Source of the DNA: the human T2T-CHM13v2.0 reference genome, Homo sapiens
Assembly: GCF_009914755.1 (NCBI RefSeq)
Contig: NC_060928.1
DNA: 64,000 bases
Direction: 5' to 3' (one strand)
Shown here: positions 14,153 through 26,620 of the stretch, piece after piece
Numbering within the stretch: the first letter of the stretch is position 1
How the letters are laid out: each line of letters opens with the position of its first letter
The notes under the pieces: model-generated
Told to the model about the DNA's origin: nothing
Seen by the model: the letters and a program-made list of their open reading frames with translations, nothing else
Databases searched by the model: none
Program-made: the position numbers and the translations under genes

Positions 14153-15455
14153 AATTGTGATAGCTCTTCTTGTTGAATTAAACCCTTTACCATTATGTAA
14201 TGCCATTCTTTATCTTTTTTGCTCTTCAATGATTTAGTCTATTTGCTGGAATCTTGGATTGCAACCCCTGCTTTTTTCTGTTTACCATTTGCTTGGTAAA
14301 TTTTCTTTCATCCCTTTATTTTGAGCAAGTGTTGGATAGTTCTCTTATAGCATACTGATGGGTCTAGAATTTTTATCTAACATTCTTTCCATTCTATGTC
14401 TTTTAATTGGGGCATTTAGCCCATTTACATTTAAAGTAAGTATTGTTATGTATGAATTTGATTCTGTCATCATAATGATAGCTTGTTATTTTGCAGACTG
14501 GTTTATGTGGTTTCTTCATAGTGTGACTGCACTGTGTACTTCAGTGTGTTTTTGCAGTGGCTGGTAATGTTTTTCCTTTCCATGCTTAGTGCTTATTTCA
14601 GAAGCCCTTGCAAGGCAGGCCTGATGGTGACAAAGTCCCTAAGCACTTGCTTGTCTGAAAAGGATCTTATTTCTCCTTTGCTTATGAAGCTTAGTTTGGG
14701 CAGACATGAAATTGGAAATTATTTTCTTTAATAATGTTGATTATTGGCCCCCAATTTCTTCTGGATTGTAGGGTTTCCACTAAGAGGTCTGCTGTTAGTT
14801 CGATGGGTTCCCCTTTGTAGGTGACCTGGCCTTTCTCTCTGGCTGCTTTTAACATTTTTTTCTTTCATTTCAACTTTGGAGAATTTGATGATTATGTGTC
14901 TTGGGGTTGATCATCTCATGGAGTATCTTACTGGGTTGATCTAAATTTCCTGAATTTGAATGTTGGCCTGTATTGCTAGGTTGGGAAAGTTATCTTGGAT
15001 GATATCCTCAAGTATGTTTTCAAACTTGGTTCCATATTTCTTGTTTCTTTCAGGTACCCCAATCAGTCATAGGTTTGGTCTCTTTACATAATCCCATATT
15101 TTTCAGAGGGTTTGTTTATTCCTTTTCATTGTTTTTTTTTTCTATTCTTGTCTGACTGTCTTATTTCAGAAAGATAGTCTTCATGCTTTGAGATTCTTCC
15201 CTTCATTTGGTCTATTCTGCTATTTATACTTGTAATTAAATTGTCAAGTTCTTGTGTTATGTTTCTCAGCTCCATTGAGTCGGTAATGTTCCTCTCTAAA
15301 CTGGCTATTCTGACTATCAGCTCCTGTATTGTTTTATCATGATTCTTAGCTTCTTTGCATTGGGTTACAACATGCTTCTTTAGATCAGCACAATTTGTTA
15401 TTACCCACTTTCTGAAGCCTACTTCTGTCAATTCAGCCATCTCCCCCTCAGCCCA

Positions 15456-15906
15456 TGTGATGGTTAATGCTGAGTGTCAACTTGATTGGATTGAAGGATA
15501 TAAAGTATTGATCCTTGGTGTATCTATGAGAGTGTTGCCAAAGGAGATTAACATTTGAGTCAGTAGTCTGGGAAAGGCAGGCCCAATCTTAATCTGGGCG
15601 GACACCATCTAATCAGCTGCCAGCACAGCCAGAATATAAAAGTAGGCAGAAAAATGTGAAAAGGTTAGACTTGCTTAACCTCCCAGCCTACATCTTTCTC
15701 CTGTGCTGGATGTTTCCTGCCCTCAAACATTGGACTCCAAGTACTTCAGCTTTGGGACTCGGACTGCCTTTGTTGCTCCTTAGCTTGCAGATGACCTATT
15801 GTGGGACCTTGTGATCATGTGTGTTAATACTACCTAATAAACTCCCCTTTATGTATACATATCTATCCTATTATTTCTGTCTCTCTAGAGAACCCTAACT
15901 AATGCA
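15456..15906 (+). mobile_element. MLT2A1-type (HERV-L) solo LTR
   Basis: TGTGATGGTTAATGCTGAGTGTCAACTTGATTGGATTGAAGG start, ...GAACCCTAACTAATGCA end; perfect 5-bp TSD GCCCA (15451-15455, 15907-15911). Confidence 0.92.
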
Positions 15907-17297
15907 GCCCAGCTCTGTGCACTTGCTAGAGAACTGTTGTGGTCATTTGGAAGATAAGAGGCACTCTAGCTTTGTAAGTTTTCAGCATTTTTGCACTGAT
16001 TCTTTCTCATTTTTGTGGGCTTATCTACCTTCGATCTTTGAAGTTGCTGACTTTCTAATGGGGTTTTTGTGGGGGGTTATTTGTTGATGTTTTCTGTTTG
16101 TTTTCCTTTTAGCAGTCAGGCCATTGTTCTACAGAGCTGCTGTGGTTTGCTGGGGTTCTGCTCCAGACCCTGGTTATCTTGGTTTTTCCCATACCTGGAG
16201 GTATTACCAATGAAGGCTGTGTAAAAGCAAAGATGGCATCCTGCTCCTTCCTCTGGAAGCTCCATCCCAGGGGGGTACTGACTTGTTGCCAGCCCAAATA
16301 TGCCTGCAGGAGGTGGCTGGAGATCCCTGTTGGGAAAACTCACCCAGTATGGAGAAACAGGATCAGGGTTCTGCTTAAAGAAGCACCTTGGCTGCTTTTT
16401 GGGAGAGCAGGTGTGATGCATTGCAGGGGACCCTTCCTCGTCTGGGTCATTTGAACTCTCCAAAGCTGGCAGGCTGAAACGGCTGAGTCCACCAAACTGC
16501 AGAGATGATGGCCACCCCTCCCCACCAGGAGCTCCTCCCAAGGGAAAGATCAGAGCTCTGTTCCTATAACTCTGGCTACAGTGGCTAAATCCCCCACAGA
16601 GTGAGGAATGGATCAGGTTCCTGCTTAAATAAGCAGTCTGGCCACTAACTGGTAAAGCTCCTGTGTTGCATTGTGGGGAACCCCTTCTCATCTGGCCATT
16701 TGGATTCTCCAAAGCTGGCAGGCTAGAATAGCTGAATCTACCAAACCACAGATATGGTGGCCTCCCCTCCGCGCAGGATCTCAGTCCCATCTCAGGCAGA
16801 CTCCAGGTTCTTGTTGTTGTCTGGCTGGAATTCCAAGCCAGTGGGTCATAACTTGTGAGGTGCTGTGGAAGTGGGACCTGCAGAACGATGCTGATTGTCT
16901 CCCTGGACTCAGGCCCCTTCCCAGGGGTATGTACAAATGGATCTCACACTTTTCCAGGGATCCTGAGGCAGGAATATGTAAAACTCCTGGGTCTCTGTGT
17001 GTGTCTGAGTGGCTGCTCTGCCAAGACTTAATACAGCTCTGTGTATCAGACCCAAGGCCCTGGTGGCATGAGCTCATGAGGGGATATCCTGATTCTTTGG
17101 TTGCAAAGATTTGTAGGAGAAGCATGGTTTCTGAGGCAGAGACACAGAATCACTCACTGCATCCCTTGGCTGGAGGTGGGAGTTCTTTTGGCTCCATGCT
17201 GTTCCTAGGTGGTCCATCACCCCACTCTGCTTTTCTTCATTCCCTGTGGGTAGAGTTGTTTGCCGAGTCAGTCCTAATGTGACAACCTGGATATTTC

Positions 17298-17860
<563 letters not shown>

Positions 17861-18763
17861 GAGAACCTGGATATTTCAGTTGAAGGTGCTGAATTTACTT
17901 GCTGCTTTCATTTCTCTCTGTCTTCCTCAAATAATTCTAATAAAGGTTTATATATTCTGTTTTCATTCATTGATCATTTCCATGTAAGTAAGGAGTTCAA
18001 TCTTGGTTCCCAAATTTTTGTTACTATGACAAATTCTTTTTACATAACTTCTGAATAATTAATGATTTATTAAATATTATCAGTATTCCCACATATAGGA
18101 TGGCAATGCTTCTCAGTTAACTATTAAAATATAGTTTAAAAAACTCTAGTGGGGCTTGTTATACTTAAGTATCTTTGTTAGAAAATGCTCAGCTTGAACT
18201 TTGCATTTATTGACCGCCTGTGTTAAGGCTCTGCACTTTAGAAATATCACAGACATCCAGTTTGCACATGCTTTCTTTGAGGTGAGGGAATGTGTCTCAC
18301 TTTCACTTTAAGGTTCCTTCAGATGAGTATGATCTTGGCAATGTAGTGATTATACATACCTATCTTGTTTCTCTTTACTGTGTAGATATTTCTCACCTCT
18401 AAAAAAAATCACAGAGAACACTATTATCATGAATTTCTTTTCTGTTTTTCTTCACCAATGTGTAAGTCAAATGTTTAATCAAAAGCTTAAAAACATTATA
18501 AATATTTCTACCAGAAAATCGTACATTAATTTATAGAATTTGTTTTAAAGGTGATGGAAATAATGAAGACCTGAACAGGAATTATTATGTAATCCAGAGA
18601 TTTACAACAGCAAGTAGTTACTGCCATTCTTAAAGACATAGGAGTCATCTCTAAAAAATGAAGTCCCAGGTATAAAATGAAGCAATTTGCTTTTGATATC
18701 TAGTATGTCCTCATACTGCTAAAAAATGTTTCATACTGCTATGCAATGTTTCAGGGAGGGAGG

Positions 18764-19273
18764 TGTATTAGTCCATTTTCATACTGCTATAAATTGTTTT
18801 GTACTGCTATGAAATGTTTCAGGGACATGGGTTCATGTCACCACAGTCCTTGGTTCAAAACATCCTGGTCTTGTTTCATTTATTTTCAAATAAAATGTTA
18901 CTTTTCAAAGCTGTTTTCCTCTACTCCCCATTTTCTCTCCAGATTGGGTAATTTATAAAGGAAAGAGGTTTAGCTGACTCACAGTTCAGCATGGCTGGCG
19001 AGGCCTTAGGAAACTTAGAATCATGATGGAAGTCAAAGGGGGAGCAAGGCACCTTCTTCACAAGGCAGCAGGAAGAAGTGCTGAGTTAAGGGGAAGAGCC
19101 CTTGATAAATCAATCAGATCTTGTGAGAACTCTCACTACTATGAGAACAGCATGGCTGAAACCACCTCTATGAATCAATTACCTAAACCTTGTGTCTCCT
19201 TTGACACCTGAGGATTATGGGGATTATAATTCAAGATGAGATTTGGGTGGGCACACAAAACCTAACCATATCA
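18764..19273 (-). mobile_element. THE1D-like MaLR solo LTR interrupted by ~150 bp (18794-18940)
   Basis: TGTATTAGTCCATTTTCATACTGCTATAAA ... AGATTGGGTAATTTATAAAGGAAAGAGG ... CCTAACCATATCA. Confidence 0.85.
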
Positions 19274-20054
19274 GGAACACTCTTGTTCTAGTACAATACT
19301 CTTATCTCCAGAAACCATACTAAATTTTGATAGATGACTATTTCAGCATATGCAACATATACTGTCTCAACATGATTGCCCAGCCTCTCCAGATCCAGAG
19401 CTAGACTGTTGAGGGATTTGATTTCTTTCTTTCTTTCTTTTTTTTTTTTAGAAATTTGAAGGAAGTTATTTGAAAATCAAATGTCTATTCAAAATGATCT
19501 TTTAGGAATCTTAGAGAAATGGCTCACGCTAGCAAGCTCAAATAATGCTACATTTTCTAAATCAGTTTGCAGTTATATTTAAATTAGGTCTTCCCACAGT
19601 CCACTGAGATTTCTAATATCAGCAGTGACTACTGATGGTCCTTAGTCATAAGATATCTGCAGCGATTGATAAGGACTGGATGATGACCTCTGGAATGACA
19701 TGCTACAATGACAGATAAACAGTACATAGTACATAAGTTTTAGCATTTGTTAATAAGTTCTCCAGCTATGGCCTGATCCCAGGGTCACAGAAGCTATAAG
19801 CCTTTGGGAAAGGTCCTACTATCATCACTTAGTAGTCTACACTGGCCATTCTCCTAGCCCGCAGGTCATGTCATGCCCAGCAATCATGTGCTTCCTCATT
19901 GCAGGCAGTTCCTACTTGAGAGACTAGGCTCTTTGGTCTTAGAATGCCTGGGTATTTCCCTGAATTGATCCTTGTCCAGAGCTATGGAACATATTGGGGA
20001 TCTTACAATATTGATTTCATCTTCATCTTTGTCAGGTTTCTAAGCTTTTCTCTT

Positions 20055-20200
20055 CCTCAGTTTCCTTACCTGTGAAATGGAGAAACATTAAAAACAATAT
20101 TTATGCAAAAGGTTATTATGAGTCTTAAAGGATATATTGTACTTGTAATTTCTAAAAATGCCTAGCAAGCTAAAAGTGTTTTATGAGTTATCATCACTAT
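20055..20200 (+). mobile_element. MIR fragment
   Basis: Core CCTCAGTTTCCTTACCTGTGAAATGGAG followed by GGTTATTATGAG. Confidence 0.65.
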
Positions 20201-20463
20201 TATCACTAAGTTTATAATATATAAATCTTGGGGAATATCCCCCATTAGTTTAGGGAACTTTCACCAAAGATGAAAAGGTAAATTGTATTTTGTTCAAAAA
20301 TGAAAGTTAATTATTTAAGTTATGGAGTATTCCATTACATTGTTTTCTGTTTGGGCTATTATAAGTAAAATCTTCTATGAAGATTAATGTATGTGTCTTG
20401 TGGTAGGCATATGCATTCATTTCTCTTGGGTATTGCATTGAAATCTCTAGTTTAAACCATGGT

Positions 20464-20679
20464 TAGGTTGGCAGACAAAATTCAGGGCATTCCAGATATA
20501 ATTAAATTTCAGCTGAACAACACATTTTTTGTTATAAATACATATCAATTTTGTTTTTGTTATAAATACATAACAATATTGCATGGTACATACTTATACT
20601 AAAAGATTATCCATTGTTTATTTGAAATTCAAATTTAATTAGGCATCCTGTATTTTATTTGCTAAATATGATAGCGTTA
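20464..20679. mobile_element. MER53 palindromic hAT MITE
   Basis: CATACTTATACTAAAA...TTGTTTATTTGAAATTCAAATTTAA...GCATCCTGTATTTTATTTGCTAAAT matches recalled MER53; self-complementary halves. Confidence 0.8.
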
Positions 20680-21142
20680 ATAGGAGGTTATTATCCTAGA
20701 TCTCTTGCTTCTCCTGGATTACTGCTATTGGGATTCAGAGATCTCATTTCCCGCCAAGATCCTGAAATACCCCAAGCATGTCCAAGTCAGTGGAAAGTCT
20801 AGGAGACATGATACTTTCATTTGTGCTTTTACTGTTACTATTTGAAGAAATTTTTACTTCAGGCAGTTTGGGCTTTCTGGCTGCTCCAAATCTCAAAAGC
20901 ATAAAATCATAAAGACTGTATAAGACTAGAAATCACAGGAAAGGGAAAATATCAGGCATACAAAAAATAAGTTAATGCATACTTTCATTTTTCTTTGTAT
21001 TTATGTTTCTTAGCTCTTACTTTTCTATAATTTTATTTCATCAAAGATGGTATTACCTTAAATACTATATCTGAAGAATACTGTGAGTAAAATATGCAAA
21101 TTCTATATTTGTATTATTCAAATTTGAAAAACAAAATGTTCT

Positions 21143-21446
<304 letters not shown>

Positions 21447-22381
21447 GAAAATGTTTTGTTAATTATTGGTAACTAAAAGAACGTGGTTAAAGTAGAATAT
21501 ATCTGTTTTTGATATTTTAAGCTTACTATGTAAAATGATCATAACCTATCAAATAATAAGCACAGGCCAATGGAAGAAGGATCTTTATTTCATCTCTTTT
21601 GTACTTCATGAATATACTATAGTTTATAGCAGTCTAATTACTTAATATTAATAAAATAAATAAATGTATGTTTTACATTATTCAGGCATTTACAGTACAA
21701 ATCATTATCATTCTTTTTAAATTAATCACTAAATGTTAGAATCGTTTAGAAATTAAATTTTATGCAAATAATAAAATATTTGCAAGCACTTCTTAAAAAG
21801 TAATAAAAAAATATAATAAACTCTTCCCAAAGAGGCTGTGGATTTTGTTCATCTCCTAGAATTTATAATACTTTTTCTGGAATCAAGGCAAGGATTATGG
21901 GTTTCCTTTTGCTAAAAATAAAAAAGATCTACATCTTGTTACCTAGATAAATTTTAATCATCCTCTAAGGTTCAGCTTATAATAATTTCTTTTGTGAAGC
22001 ATTCTCAGGCATCTGAGAGTGTCAGATCTCTCTGATGTGTAAATTAGGATTATTCTGTAATTCTTACAAATATTTGGTGGGTACTAGCTCAGTCCACAAA
22101 CTTAGGGGTGAATGAAAGTGAATTTTATTTTTCTATTGAACTGTATTTTGTTATAAGCCCTCATTCCATGAGAATTGCAGAAACTTTACCTAGATTGTTT
22201 TGGGAGCTTCTCTCCTCTCTTATTTGGAACTGAAACTTATCTGTCCCTGAGGTATCTTCTGAGCTACCCCTGTTGATATATTCCTTATCTTTAGCCACTA
22301 AGTTAATTGCAGAGATGATAATAGCTAATACTTGCTGAGTTTGATAGCGAAAAGTTCAAAGTTGCTTTTTAAAAAATTTCT

Positions 22382-23142
22382 TTTTTTTTTTTTGTTTAAA
22401 ATGTTTATTTGGAACTTTTCTAGTACAAATATATTACGTCCTTATTACAGAAAATTTGGAAAACACAAAAAAGGAAAAGTCAGGCAAAACAAAGCCCAGG
22501 ACCTCACTGGGAGGTGTACCCAGCAGCTCATTGGGAACGGGCCATGATGACGATGGCGGTTTTGTCTAGTAGAAAAGGGAGAAATGTGGGGAAAAGAAAG
22601 AGAGATCAGATTGTTGCTGTGTCTGTGTAGAAAGAAGTAGACATAGGAGACTCCATTTTGTTCTGTACTAAGAAAAATTCTTCTGCCTTGGGATGCTGTT
22701 AATCTGTAACCTTACCCCCACCCCGTGCTCTCTGAAACATGTGCTGTGTCCACTCAGGGTTAAATGGATTAAGGGCGGTGCAAGATGTGCTTTGTTAAAC
22801 AGATGCTTGAAGGCAGCATGCTCCTTAAGAGTCATCACCACTCCCTAATCTCAAGTACCCAGGTACACAAACACTGCGGAAGGCGGCAGGGCCCTCTGCC
22901 TAGGAAAACCAGAGACCCTTGTTCACGGGTTTATCTGCTGACCTTCCCTCCACTATTGTCCTATGACCCTGCCAAATCCCCCTCTCCGAGAAACACCCAA
23001 GAATGATCAATAAATACCAAAAAAAAAAAAAAAAAAAAAGAAAGAGACACATGAGAAGACACTGTGGCAGTCTTGGGTAGTGAGGTCCTGGGCTTTGTTT
23101 TGCCTGACTTTTCCTTTTTTGTGTTTTCCAAATTTTCTGTAA
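22382..23142 (-). mobile_element. SVA insertion with 3' transduction and twin-priming 5' inversion (whole insertion)
   Basis: Poly-T 22381-22393, minus-strand AATAAA 22404-22409, inverted SINE-R segment, TSD TAAAAAATTTCT (22370-22381) / TAAAGAATTTCT (23143-23154), EN site TTCT/AA. Confidence 0.8.
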
Positions 23143-23145
23143 TAA
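22442..23145. repeat. Perfect 67-bp inverted repeat (22442-22508 / 23079-23145)
   Basis: Base-by-base reverse-complement match; ORF track shows [22 protein letters not shown] on both strands. Confidence 0.97.
22509..23039 (+). mobile_element. SVA SINE-R (HERV-K env end plus LTR5-derived part) with poly-A; SVA_B-like (older subfamily)
   Basis: GGGAGGTGTACCCAGCAGCTCATTG...; TGTGGGGAAAAGAAAGAGAGATCAG at 22585; ...GAATGATCAATAAATAC then A21; GGCGGCAGGGCCCTCTG and CTCTCCGAG are older-subfamily characters. Confidence 0.93.
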
Positions 23146-23629
23146 AGAATTTCTAATATTAAATCACTAAATTCTCTTAACACCCCCATAAGGTAGATAC
23201 CCTTAGTGGTTTTCTTTTAAAATGAGAATACTAATAAATAAATTTTAAACAACTTGCTCACACACAACCTTAGCTGAAGCTATTATTGTATCCCTGAACT
23301 TGTTCTGATTCAGGGTTCAAGTTCTCTCTCAAATAACCCATAATTTCCTATCTTCCCTATCTTCTATCTCCATCTCAACCACCATATTTTTCTAATCTTG
23401 ATAACATAATTAGAAAAATCAGCAATCTTAAAAATTTTTTCTCTAGATATATACTTAAGTTGCAAGGTAGTTTGTTGCCTCCTTGCCATTTCCCTAGGAA
23501 TATTGGTTTTTGGAATAAATAAAAATTTAGGAAAGAACTTGTAGGCTTGTAGGTAATTTGCTGTCTGGCATGGTACTATCCTTGCATTGGAGCAAAGGTA
23601 AAAACTTGCATGGTTCCTAAAATAGGACA

Positions 23630-25942
23630 TGATATGGTTTGGCTGTATCCTTACCCAAATCTCATCTTAAGTTGTAGCTCCCATTGTCCCCAAGTGTCGT
23701 GAGAGGAAACTGGTGGGAGATAATTGAATCATGAGGGCAAGTTTTTCCTGTACTGTTCTCATGACAGTTAATAAGTCTCATGATATCTGATGGTTTTATA
23801 AAGGGCAATTCCTCTGCACACACTCTCTTGCCTGCCACCATGTAAGACACGATTTTGCTCCTCGTTTGCCTTCCACCATGATTGCATAGCCTCCCCAGCC
23901 ATGTAGAACTGTGAGTCAATTAAGCCTCTTTTCTTTAGAAGTTACCCAGTCTTTGATATGTCTGTATTAGCAGTGTGAGAACAGACTAATACAGAAAATT
24001 GGTACTAGTAGAGTGGGGTGCTGCTGTGAAGATACCCGAAAATGTGGAAGCGACTTTGGAACTGTATAACAGGCAGAGGTTAAAACAGTTTGGAGGACTT
24101 TGACCAAAATGCTGATAGTGATATGGACAATGAAATCCCGGTTGAGGTGGTCTCAGATGGAGATGAGAAATTTGTTGGGAACTGGAACAAAGGTGACTCT
24201 TTTCATGTTTTAGCAAAGAGACTGGCAGCATTTTGTTCCTGCCCTGGAGATCTGTGGAACTTTGAATTTGATAGAGATAATTTAGAGCATCTGGCAGAAG
24301 CAATTTCTAAGCAACAAGGCATTCAAGAGGTGATTTGGGTGCTGTTAAAAGCATTCAGTTTTATGTATCCACAGATATATGGATACATAAAATTTGTATT
24401 TGGAATTGGAACTTATGTTTAAAAGGGTAGCAGAGCATAAATGTTTGAAAAATTTGCAGCCTGATGAGGATGCGATAGAAAAGAAAATCTCATTTTCAGA
24501 GAAGAAACTCAAACCTGCTGCAGAAATTTGCTTAAGTAATGAGGAGCCAAATCTTAATTGCCAAGACAATGAGAAAAATGTCTCCAGGGCATGTTGGAGA
24601 CCTACCCGGCAGCAACTCCCATCACAGGCTTGGAGGCCTAGGAGGAAAAAAAATGGTTTTGTGGGCCTAGCCCAAGGTTTCCCTGCTCTGTGCAGCCTAG
24701 GGACTTGGTGCCCTGCATCCCAGCTGCTTCAGTTTTAGCCATGGCTAAAAGGGGCCACTGTACAGCTTGGGCTGTGGCTTCAGAGGGTACATGCCCCAAA
24801 CCTTGGCAGCTTCCACGTATTGCTGAGTCTGTTGGTGCACAGAAGTCGACAATTCAGGCTTGGGAACCTATGCCTAGATTTCAGAAGATGTATAGAAATG
24901 CCTGGATGTCCAGGCAGAAATGTGCTGCAGGGGCAGAGCTTTCATGGAGAACCTCTGCTAAGACAGTGAAGAAGGGACATATGGGGTTGGAGGCCCCACA
25001 CAGAGTCCCTACTGGGGCACTGCCTAGTGGGGCTATGAGAAGAGGGTCACTGTCTTCCAGACCCCAGAATGATAGATGTACCAACAGCTTGCACCGTGTG
25101 CTTGGAAAACTTGCAGACCCTCAAGGCCAGCCCATAAAAGCAGCCAGGAAGGAGGCTGTACCCTGCAAATCCACAGGGAAGGAGTTGGCCAACACCATGG
25201 GAACCCATCTCTTGCATCAGCATGACCTGGATGTGAGACATGGATTCTAAGGACATCATTTTGGATCTTCAATATTTGGCTGCCCTAGTGGATTTTGGAC
25301 TTACACGGGACCTGTAGCTCTTTGCTTTGGCCAATTTCTCCCAGGTAGAGTGGGTATATTTACCCAATACCTGTTCCCCCGTTGTATCTTCTAAGTAACT
25401 AACTTGCTTTTGATTTTACAGGCTCATAGGCAGAAGAGACTTGCCTTGTCTCAGATGAGACTTTGGACTTGGACTTTTGGGTTAATGCTGGAATGAGTTA
25501 AGACATTGGGGGACTGTTGGGAAGGCATGACTGGTTTTGAAATGTAAAGATATGAAATTTTGGAGCGGCCAGAGGTGGACTGATATGGTTTGGCTGTGTC
25601 CCCACCAACATCTCAGCTTAACTGTAGCTCTCATAATCCCCATGTGACATGGGAGGGACCCAGTGGGAGGTAACTAAATTGTAGGGGTAGGTTTTTCTCA
25701 TGCTGTTCTCATGACCGTGAATAAGTCTCATGAGATCTAATGGTTTTATAAAAGGCAGTTACCCTGCACATTCTCTCTTGCCTGCCACTATGAAAGACAT
25801 GACTTTGATCCTCATTTTCCTTCCACCATGATTTTAAGACCTCCCCAGCCATGTCGAACTGTGAGTCAATTAAACGTCTTTCCTTTATGAATTACTTAGT
25901 CTAGGAATGTCTTTACTAGCAGCTTGAATACAGACTAATAAA
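23630..25942 (+). mobile_element. Full-length THE1C-like MaLR element: 5' LTR 23630-23993, internal 23994-25580, 3' LTR 25581-25942
   Basis: Two TGATATGGTTTGGCTGT...GACTAATA(C/A)A LTRs, THE1-int between them; TSD GGACA / GGGCA. Confidence 0.92.
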
Positions 25943-26620
25943 GGGCAATAGAAAAAAAATAATAAAGGTGAGATATTTCAAAATACTGTATCTTCAAATA
26001 TTTGCTGTACTTTATTTTAATTTCTTGATTTATTAAGAGTATCTCTTATATAATCAGGAAAAAAATCTACATCTCATTTAATGTTTTATTGACAGAGGCA
26101 GAGAGTGACCAAAAATAGATATCAGTTGATTAACTGAATAGCTCATGACTATATAATGGAATATATATTCATGGTTTTATAACTTAAGTGACTAAAGACC
26201 CCATTTTATTCCACATTTGGAAGATCCACACAACTTCTTTTTTTCACCCATTCCTTTTAAATTTTATAGACTGCTTCTTCTTGAATGCATATTTACTTTG
26301 ATTCCTCTAGGAATGAGAACGTTATCAATCAGGCAATGGGCTCTGTTCAGTAGTCTTTAACTTAAAATGTGAAATTCAAGCAAAGTTCAAGAAGTTTTTT
26401 CCCTATATCTGCCCTTCAGTGGACACAAATGGAAACTGCAACTTTTTATAGAGAACTTTAAGCTTAGGAATCATTTAATGGAAAAACTCTCCAGGCTGCT
26501 ATATCTTTGGGTTCAGAGAATTTAGCCTGTAATAAAATAATAGTTGTAAAATCTGAAGATATCAAAAACAACTTTGAATGACCAAATTTTTATTTTTGTT
26601 GTTGAGCTATTCTCCACCTT

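Noticed and set aside
13912-14237. YI/CV-rich ORFs
   Set aside because: Dinucleotide microsatellite within an L1 remnant
5119-15440. Functional L1 ORF1/ORF2
   Set aside because: Fragmented by many stops, frameshifts, deletions and nested insertions
16116-17282. 224-aa and 203-aa ORFs as genes or L1 ORF0
   Set aside because: They lie in the GC-richer 5' UTR of an old L1, where overlapping chance ORFs occur on both strands, and I see no recognisable domain
22585-23018. HERV-K LTR5 solo LTR
   Set aside because: It ends at the poly-A signal with an A tail, is shorter than an LTR5 and is preceded by the env fragment, which fits SVA SINE-R
22442-23145. Novel DNA transposon or composite element with 67-bp terminal inverted repeats carrying an SVA
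   Set aside because: No TSD abuts the arms. The poly-A signal and tail outside the left arm, the outer 12-bp TSD and the L1 EN site explain it better as twin-primed retrotransposition.
24690-25250. 186-aa ORF as a host gene
   Set aside because: Residual THE1 internal reading frame; neighbouring frames are broken
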